Below are positions 54,632 through 64,000 of a DNA stretch of 64,000 nt, one piece after another (position 1 is the stretch's first letter; each line of letters opens with the position of its first letter). The notes beneath the pieces were generated by a model. It worked only from the letters and a program-made list of their open reading frames with translations, was not told the DNA's origin and searched no databases. A program made the translations under genes and the position numbers. The stretch is from Amoebidium appalachense (taxonomy: Eukaryota > Protista > Ichthyosporea), in contig CAVNZM010000007.1 of assembly GCA_963693365.1 (NCBI GenBank), positions 1,287,979 through 1,351,978 of the forward strand, given 5' to 3'.

Positions 54632-55036
54632 CCCCTCCCTTCCTTCCCCCCCCCCTCCCCCCCCCCCCCCCCCTTCCCCTCACACACACACACACACCTA
54701 ACATACACCTTATCTCTCCCTTCACAGATTGCACACGTCATCCGCGAAAAGAAACCAGAGGACCTTAATGCAGCCATTGAACGGTGGAGCGATTTGGAAG
54801 AACATTGCATGCTCGCATACTACGCTCTATACAACGATCGTACTTTGGAAGCCGTGTTAAAGGAAGTCAACTATACCATGCCTAAACCCGGCGAGTTTCT
54901 GCGTTTGTTAAAGCAGAGAAAGCACGTGCCGCAGATTAAAGAGGGCCTTAGAAATGACATCGTGGAGACGATGGATAGTAATGTTGCCGTTAATAAGATG
55001 GTGGCGGCGATTTGCTCGATTATCCCGATGAATTGA
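50085..55036 (+). CDS. Stand-alone divergent PI3K/PI4K-family kinase (~440 aa)
   Basis: Exons ~50085-50314 (uncertain), 51523-51740, 52865-53158, 53660-53928, 54728-55036, phases consistent. Motifs FNSRKQP, YIYKQEDDISMD (cf. IFKxGDDLRQD), RTYNVV..GFCEVV, DRHHNN, and IDLS in place of IDFG. Confidence 0.85.
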
Positions 55037-56852
55037 TTGGGTGATCTGTAAAGGTATGAGGGGTTTGATTGGTTGGCTTGAATGTATTGGAGAATGCAGT
55101 CCTTGTTATGATAATGGGATCCATTTTTAATTGTTTTAATCATCCACCTAGCAGGATTTGGTTTGTGTCGACGGTTGACGAACTCTCATTGGGGATGGGT
55201 GTTGTGTGTCTTAAGCTCTACTGTGCTGTTAAATTTTTAGGCTTTAATTTGTGTACTTGATTGGACGATCCAGAAATCTCAAGCCAGTGGTTGTTGCAGA
55301 TTGGTGATAATAAGGATCTTAGAAACGAAAGAAATGGCGATGGGTCGGGAGGGTTGGCGTACATGATGTGCATGTTGTTCGTTGAAATTGGTCAGACGTT
55401 AAAATCAAGGAAACAGAAATATGTGCTTCATAGTTTTTGGATATATTTATCGCGCGATGGCGAAGAGCGATTGATGTTTGGCTTTCGAATTTCAAGATTT
55501 CCCGTCTGTTGTGATTAGGCATTACGGTGTACCAGTAATACCATTTGTGTGGCACATAGGTAGGATTCGGCTAGCGGATATGTGCATGTAACACGAATAT
55601 AATGCTACAGTATGTGTATTATGTTTTCATATTGCCTGCCAATATTTCGACTCTGTTGTCTCTCGTGGTGCTTTTGGTACTCTGTTAAGATACACGATTT
55701 GTAGTGAACCTGATAGAGTTAAAAATGCATCTTGCTATGTATGCATCAGGTCACTTATCTACGTGTAGAGCCTCCTTAGTAATGCATGATTCTAGTCTGG
55801 CAAACGTAGAGGTATAATGCCGCTTTGGTCCCTTTAAAGGCCTTCGGCTACTACCAAATAAATGGTATCGGCATGGTTTTAGCCAAATTTGGGGTGGTTT
55901 AAAATGTGTTATGTAGAATGAAGTACACCTCCATAGCGAACAACACAATGCAGAATGCAAACCACACGGAATATGGAGTGCCTATGTGTGTGTGTGTGAG
56001 GTGGGGGAGGGGGGGGGGGGGGGGGGGGGAAGGCACAAAACTGCATGGAATTGCATGTCTACATCTTATTCTGCAGCTGTTAGGCGATTTACCATCACTC
56101 AGCACGGATTTTGAAGTTACGTAGTTGCTATCGCTTTTTCACAAATTGTGTAACTAATACAGAGTTTTGTGTTTAATGTCTACATTTTCCCAAACACTAT
56201 GAAACCGGCAAGTACTCGTAATCGAATACCTCCATATTGATCACACAAACACATGCCACATATTGCCTGCATGAGCACATAGCGTCTTCAGCATCAAATA
56301 AAAACACAGAGTATAAAAATTAGACCCCGTTTACATACGCCTAGGGGGAGCTGACTTACACACACACACCACACATCTCTTCATATCTGTCTTCACTAGG
56401 CATCTTTGCACCTACATCCTAAATGTGGCCATGCTTCTAAGTAAGATTCGAAGGAGGCCAAACAAGCCACCACCACCACCACCACCACACATACACACAC
56501 CGAAGTATCGGGCAAAAAAAAAAAAAAAAAAAGGAAAATTAACACCACCGTCTACACTCACACCCGCAACACCAACGCGTACATACATCCAACCAGCCGC
56601 GGACGCACAAAAAGGGGTAACTCCAACCAAATTCTTCCCTGCACCAGTATAAACCCCAATGATCCCCAAACAGACCTATGTTCAAGGAAAATCAATGAAT
56701 CAAATATAATGGCCAATGGACATACACATCCTAAATAAAGAAATAAACCATGGCAAAGGCCAGGACAGGACGCACAAGTGGGCGTAACAACCAAATGCTA
56801 GTCCATTCTCAAACGCTATCCTTCACACAGAAATTTCAGATGAGGGGGGTGT

Positions 56853-57648
56853 CTAATACTGGTAGTGCTGGGGCGGTTGCTGTGGTGGCTGGCCAAATGA
56901 CGAGGTCGGGACCCCCGCATTCTGTCCATAGGCCGCACTGTACGCCGCCGCCTGGGGGTGCATCTCCTGAGACCCTGCACCCCCTACACCCCCCATGGAC
57001 CCCGCGTAATTTGGCATCCCCGGAGCCTGCTGATGGGCAGGCGGTATCTGGGCATATGGCTGTTGCGAAGGGGGGGCTGCATAGGCATATCCCGCTCCAC
57101 CGTAATTCTGACCAGGAGGGGCCTGGAAATTCTGACCAGGGGGGGCTTGATACTGCTGTCCGGGGGGCTGGGTGTAATTCTGGCCGGGGGGAGGTGCCTG
57201 GTACTGGGGGGCACCGTACTGGCCAGGGTGGCCCATTGGGGCCTGGCCGGGGGTCGGGATGGGTGCACCCGGGGCACCGGCAGGGGGGTTTCCGTTGAAA
57301 TTCATCGGCTGAGACGGATACGGGTTGGCGCCGTGCATGGAAATGGGGGTGCCGGGGACAGAGGCACCCGTGCCCGTATACTGCATGGGGGTGGTGAGGT
57401 GGGTGTGCTGGGGGGAGGGGGATCCAAACTGGGGGGTACCGGCACCACTAGGGGGATTGCTGCTGTTGTAGAGCGCTGCTTGCTCGGCTGCTGACGGGCG
57501 CATGTTTTTGCGTTTATTTGCGAGCGCCTTTTTGTTACCCCCCGCGACGGTTTGGGGGGACCCTGCAAAAAGCTGGGTGGGGGGGGGTCGTTCCAACCGC
57601 GGTCGGTTGTCTTTGGACGCAGGTGCTCGTATTCCTGTATGTGTGTGT

Positions 57649-57698
<50 letters not shown>

Positions 57699-58351
57699 TG
57701 TGTCTGTGTCTGTGTGTGTGTGTGTGTGTTGTATGGGGGGAGGATGTAGGCAGAGAGACGGAAAAGAGGGATTAAAATGTGTTATAGAGAACAAAGCACA
57801 CATTTGCCACGGACCGTTACAATGCAGAATTTGCAAAAAATCAAAAACAACAACAACCCCTCCCCTCCCCTCCCTCCCCCCCCCCCCCCCCCCCCCCCAG
57901 CAAAGAAAAAAAGGAGCATACAAAAGAGCATGAATCACTTTAATCCCTTTCTAAAGGTTGTAGTTGTTGGGCGGCGGGAGGAGGGGGGGGGGGGGGGGGG
58001 GGGGGGGCAGAGTCCGAGAGGGAAGGAGAGAGAAGGGCTCAAAGGTGTGCGGCAGGGAGGGGGGGCAGGGAGGGAGGGGGTGGGGGGGGTTGAAAGCGCA
58101 CAATATGATCTAACGGATAACTTACAATGGGTAACTTAAGTATGCAGGGAGGCAAGGGGGGGGGGGGGGGGGGGGGGGGAGGGGGGACAGAAGTGATGTG
58201 GATGTGTGGTGGTGTGGTGGTGTGTGTGTGTGTGTGTGTGTGGGGGGGGGGGTTATGAGAAGAAACGGTTTACAATGGATAACACGGGCATACAGAGGGA
58301 GGGGAAGGGGGGGCGGGAAGGAGTGGTGTGGTGGTGTGGTGCGTGAGGCGT

Positions 58352-58385
<34 letters not shown>

Positions 58386-59503
58386 GGAAGGGGGTAGAGA
58401 AAAAAACGGTTGCATGAGAAGAGAAGGTATAAAAGATGGAAAAGGGAAAGCCCCTCCCCCCCCCCCCCCCCCCCCCCCCTTTCACCAATCCACCCATCCA
58501 AAAACAATGGGGGAAAGAGGGGGAAGGGGCTGGAGACTCCAGTGCACCCTACAACATCAACCTCCACTCTGCCGTCCAAAAGAACAAAAACTTCTCTTCA
58601 TACCGACTCACCCACTGCAGCATAACCGTATCACCTAATCTCAACTCTAATCCTCTACTGCCTTGCTCTCCCTCCCCCCCTCCCCCCCCCCCCCCCCCCC
58701 CCCCCCCCCGTTCTCTACTCTCTATCCACAACCTCATACTCCTGTGCTTGCCAGCAACATGCATTTTCCTTTCACCTGTTCAGCAACTTTCCACTGTGTG
58801 GGCCCACTTGCCCCCTTCCCAACCCTCACTTGCAGTCCCACATTTATAGTGCCCAATCTTAAAAGCAAAAAAGAAGCAGTAGGAGCGTGTAAATCTATTA
58901 GTCATGTAAAAGAGCTACTTGTCAAGCTGTGGATTCTAACCTCCCCCCTCCCCCCCCCCCCTTCCCCCCCGGACCCAGGAGGCGCACTAAACAAACGAAC
59001 CACACAACTCGCAACCACATACGGACACACAAAACAATGAACGGAGGGACGGACGCACACGCACGCACGCACGGACGCAACGGACACACACAAGCTCTAA
59101 AGCACACAAAGAAATCAATCTACCCCCGTGCACTTGTCCACTTAAGGCGCCATCACCACAGCAACATAGCACGCACACCTTTGCCTGGGTGAAAAGAAGT
59201 GAGCAGGTGGGGAAAAATGTCATAAACCAGACCCGACAAACAGGCACTCACATCTTGAGAAAATGCACCCACACTACCAGAAGAAAGCGAGACTTCGGCG
59301 CCAAGCACACAGCAGGGAGAGCAACGGGGTTGCCTTAGTCCTCCAACTAGCACGCTACAACCCAACCTCTCCATTGACACAAAGAAACGATGATGGATAT
59401 AAATCAAGGCACATACCCGTCCGACGCTGCTCAGGCTGCTGCTTGATCCAGACGGGGAAATGCCCTCGATGACAGGCGGAACGGGGTGTGGTTGTTGTGC
59501 CAT
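56853..59503 (-). CDS. SRA1/Sec31-type GWNDPP-motif protein with Pro/Gln/Gly/Tyr-rich tail (~289 aa); 1-nt frameshift in a C9 run
   Basis: Exon 59503-59417 (MAQQPHP...SVGR, GTATGT donor) joins in phase 0 to 57634 (EYEHLRPKTTDRGWNDPP). Adding one C at 57579-57587 continues TQLFAGSPQTVAGGNKKALANKR into QYQAPPGQ repeats, stop at 56853. Confidence 0.75.
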
Positions 59504-60212
59504 TTTGTTTGATAGAAGATTGCAACCAAGACCAAACTAAGTTTGTGCGTGTAGAGAAATCGTTCTTAGCTGCACTCACCAGCGTGCTGTTATGAGTTTT
59601 GGAACTAAGCAAGAAGTTTGCTCTTACTTTTTTCCAACGAAATTGAAAGGAAACATGAAATTGTTTCACACTTGTCAAAGTGTAGAGGGGAAGTAACGAG
59701 AAAGTGATCCGGGCGATCAGGTGGGTGACATTTTAGTTGCTACCCAGCGCTCGAAATTGTAATGGAATGTTGGGTATGTGGAGGCTCGGGCCATATTTGT
59801 GCACACTTGTAGTGACGTGTTAATGCGGTGCATATTATTTGACACAACCAATATACATTCAATTTTTTTTGGGGACGTTTTTCCTTGTGCAAGGGCTGCA
59901 TGGAGAACTGTAAAGGGAACGTATGTATAAGGAGCAAGAGTTCACACCCTGTTGGTCATGCTATCATTGATCAGATCTAGATTAGCCAAGTAAAGCTATT
60001 TCTTGGTTACGTATCACCTTTTGATTGGTCACCTTTTCCGATCAGTGTGAGAGGCTGGGCTGCCAGGACCGAGGCCTCCGGAGTCCGCAGAGGCTCCTTC
60101 AACTTGAGCCCCGGCTGTCCGGATCCACGCGTGTGTATCGCAGTGTAGGGAAACCGGTTGAAATAACTGGGTGGTGGTGGTGGTGGTGGTTTGGGGGGTT
60201 GGAAGGGGAGGG

Positions 60213-60243
<31 letters not shown>

Positions 60244-60338
60244 TATGTTTTTGATCAGGCTACTTTGAAATGCCAAATATAAAGTTTCTTGGATCCTGAA
60301 GCCTGGCCACAAAGATCCACAGCATGCCATTTTTAGTT

Positions 60339-60431
<93 letters not shown>

Positions 60432-60451
60432 CACTGTGTGTGTGTGTGTGT

Positions 60452-60500
<49 letters not shown>

Positions 60501-60521
60501 CGGACTGTGTGTGCGCGTGTG

Positions 60522-60558
<37 letters not shown>

Positions 60559-60640
60559 ATGTGTGCGTGTGTGTCACACGGCATAGTACCGTGTGTGTAT
60601 GCGGGCCACGGCGGCGATGATATGTTTTTTTTTTTTTTTT

Positions 60641-60681
<41 letters not shown>

Positions 60682-61456
60682 CGGTCCCGGCGGAGGGCAG
60701 GCAGATCTGGGGAGGGCTGTGCTTGTGGCCACGCACCATGATCATGATGCTGCATGCATATGTGCATACGCCTTATGTATATGGAGCCTTAAAGCTTTAA
60801 GTGCGTACAGGCCTGTTGAAATTTTGGGCTCTGCAACGTTAATACATCAAACAGTCAGCTGATGATAGTGTTGTACATGTCCAGATATTCTGGTGTTTTC
60901 CCCATGCTTTTTATATAATAGCATAGCTTGTATTACGGTTAATGATATATATACATTTTAGCTAGTAGCTGGAATTTGGCAACAAGTGGACAGATTGGGC
61001 TTGACTACAATCATAATAGGTGCCGCCAGATCTGAATATGACACTGGCATTTTTGACCATAACTGAGTTAATGGTGTGCACACAGTGCACGGCACCTACG
61101 AACAGATAGGCTATACTGATTCGTTGAATAACCCAGAGTGAAGTTACATTTTTACCTCGGCAATTCAGGTCCGGGCACACCCAAAATTGTGCGTGTTATC
61201 GATGTACAAAAAACATGCTTACATACTAGTAGACTAAAAGTGCATTGAACTTCCTACATTTAGCCATCCCCAAGCGATTTTAATAATTACGCCATTTTTT
61301 GTATACTTCTGGTCTTGAAAACTAAAACTCGATATATTGTTGGAACCATACTATTTGCGCAAAAGTAGACTACTTTCGTGCTCGTAGTACATCATCCTCA
61401 GTACATTGGAAGCCATTCCTAATGTACAAGTTGATCAGAATTAACCCATCCAACTA

Positions 61457-62182
61457 TCAGAGAGATACAGGTTGCTCCTCATTATTTGCAAACACTGTCA
61501 CAATCGACGATCTGTGTCCGGGAGTTTGCCCCTCTATCTCCCTTTCACCAACACTGAGATTTCCCGAAGGATTTTGCGAGCCAATGCTCCCACTTCCACC
61601 TTGCGCACTTCTCGGCTCACTAAGACCCGAAGATTCTACGATATCCGCATATCCGAAATTTCGGGTCATATCCCCCGAATACCTGCTGTTTCCATCGTGG
61701 ATAGTAAGAGGACTGCTTGCACATTCGGATCCCCCCTCGGTAATTTTCGCCTTTTTCTTGTTCGCCTGTAGATCCGCCATATCATAATACCCAGCGTGAT
61801 CTACCACCACCACTTGTTCATCCGACCCGCCCATGTATGCAAGGCGACTCGAATCGGTGATGGGTGCATCGGAATTTGCGATTGCATGTGCATAAAGTAG
61901 CTCGAAACTCGAGTGGAGTTGATTGAGTGTAGGGCGGTTGGTGGGATATTCATCCCAACATGATTGGAGCAAAGTCATAACCTCGAGGAGGCAGCCTGGA
62001 GGGCGGGACAGCCGGGCGCCGTGCTGGACTGATTCGGTAACCTGCAAGATGATTGGTTGTTGGTGTTTGGGGTTTATGATTGGTGCATTATAGTCAGTAA
62101 ATCTCAAATTCAAATCACAATCGGCATACCAGTGCCGTTTCAAGGTACAGCCAGTGACCCAAGTCGTACCCTATGTTCCGAG

Positions 62183-62235
<53 letters not shown>

Positions 62236-62337
62236 AAAAGAAGTCAACCAACCAACCAACCAAAGGGGAAAAAAACGGAAGTCAGCCAAATGCAATAGGG
62301 AAGGCATGAGCGGTCAGAGACCGGAAACTGCAGGGAG

Positions 62338-62383
<46 letters not shown>

Positions 62384-62681
62384 ATCATAGACATACCTGT
62401 TGGGGGGTGGTGAGCCAATTGTAGGGAACCTTGCCGCCAGATTCGATCTCCCATACGGTCACCCCAAACCTGCACCACACATACAGTGTTATCAAATTGT
62501 AACAGAATCCCCCCCCCCCCCCCCTCCCCCCCCCCCCCCCCCCCACTTCCCCGCCCATTGACATGCACACACATTTCACCCTGGGCACCCAAGCGTGTGC
62601 TCAGCGCTCGTGCACGCACACACACACACACACACAAACACACCCACAAACACCCCCCCACACCCACCCACCAACCCCCCC

Positions 62682-62712
<31 letters not shown>

Positions 62713-62974
62713 ACAAACGTACCCCCAAACTCATCATACACAGCGCTTTTCAGCGACTCAGGGGCCATCCATCTGAAGGGAAACACCTCCCCCCCAGCAT
62801 AATTCCCCTTGACGTATTGCATCTGTTCAGGATTGACCAATCGCGCCATGCCGAGGTCACTGATCTTTACCATTGGTGGAAAATCAGATCCGAGCGGTAA
62901 ACTGGCCAATAGAACGCTGCGAGCCGCCACGTCACGATGTACAATACCCAGGGATGCTGTTTTTTTTTTTTTTT

Positions 62975-63005
<31 letters not shown>

Positions 63006-63570
63006 GGGGGAGGGGAAAGAGGTGTGTGTTTGTGTGTGTGTGTGTGTGTGGGGGGGGGGGGGGGGAAGAAACCGGGGTGGGGGTTCTTCGTGAAAACATG
63101 CATGTGCATCGTTTGGGGGGGGGGGGGGGGGGGGGGGGATTTTGCCGAGTATTTTTACAATATTACTTTCTTCAATGTAACACCCAGCAACAAAATGATA
63201 CAGGGGGCGCTGATGGAAACAGAGGAAAGTTGTCAAAGGAGAGAAAGGAATGTGTAGAAGAAAATATGTGTGTGCATTTGGGCAGGTGTGCGTTTGCATG
63301 TGTCTGTGTGTCTCTACTTGTGTCTGTGTATGTTTGTGTTTGTGTGTGCTTACAGGCATAGCAACGGAGAGGAACGAAGTGAAAAAACAGGTGGTGGAAT
63401 GAGGTTGATGCGACAGACACGAAGGAGGACATGGCATTGAGAAGCGTGTGTTTGCGAACGCCTGTGATGGTAGAGAGGAGCAGGAGGCGAAGGGGAAAGG
63501 GGGGGGGGGGGGGGGGGGGGGAGGGGGGAGGGGGGGGGGGGGGGTTGAAATGGGGTTTGAAGGTGTCTGT

Positions 63571-63604
<34 letters not shown>

Positions 63605-64000
63605 GGGAAAGGATGGGGGAGGGACGGGGGGGGGGGGGGGGGAAGGGGAGGGGAGAAGAGTTACCGATATGGGCCAGGCCCGCAGCTATCTCCTTTGCAA
63701 ACCACAATCGGAGGGTCATGGAGATGTTATCGTGTGTTTTGAGGTAGGAACTTAGGTTACCCAGGTCCATATACTCCATCAACATAAAAACCTCGCCAAA
63801 TTCCATCTCAGGCTCCATTGGGATATGCATTGAACTGGTTTCGATTAGATTTTCCTCCTGCGAGTTTTCGATACTTGCTGAAACCCGACGCGAATATGAT
63901 TGATAGCTCATAACACTTCCCCTGTCGGGGCCGCTTTCCATGTCGCTGAATTTCATGCCCGAGGGGGGTTTGGATCGCAGACGCCCAAAATTCGGACCAC
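61457..64000 (-). CDS. Protein tyrosine kinase, 3' part (divergent; 5' end outside the window)
   Basis: Exons >64000-63665, 62956-~62723, 62469-62397, 62041-61457. Motifs VVRILGVC, LMEYMDLGNL, IVHRDVAARS, KISDLGMAR, PFRWMAPE, FGVTVWEI, GKVPY, CWDEYPTNRP, followed by a Tyr-containing tail. Confidence 0.9.

Noticed and set aside
60007-60170. GC-rich exon-like island
   Set aside because: No supported frame, start or neighbouring exons.
50085-64000. PI3K-like kinase and YxxM-bearing tyrosine kinase as a functional gene cluster
   Set aside because: Adjacency in a eukaryote is weak evidence, and the PI3K-like protein lacks a p85-binding domain.

Overview
Eukaryotic, intron-rich genomic DNA. Non-coding sequence is saturated with poly-G/poly-C, (CA)n/(GT)n, (CT)n and poly-A/T tracts, which produce most of the six-frame ORFs as noise. 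A tyrosine kinase, a calcium-binding EGF exon and an SRA1-type motif point to a holozoan, possibly a unicellular one (inference). Manual splicing of the unique islands gives: a GGCT/AIG2-like gene, an FAD synthase, a small RVxF-motif gene, a Gly/Glu-rich disordered protein, cbEGF and mucin-like exons, an intronless F-box gene, a ubiquitin-like protein lacking di-Gly, a stand-alone divergent PI3K/PI4K-like kinase, an SRA1-motif plus PQGY-rich protein, and the 3' part of a divergent tyrosine kinase. Repeats and mobile DNA include a decayed LINE ending in (CA)n, a 511-bp TIR element, a ~8.5-kb higher-order tandem array with an inverted outlier, and many short tandem duplications. The main unexplained signals are 3' splice sites preceded by (CA)n or poly-A instead of a polypyrimidine tract, polar C(n)-A(n) homopolymer pairs, and single-base frameshifts at G/C runs in up to four genes (probably sequencing error). 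All gene models are hand-built, with no transcript evidence or database search.
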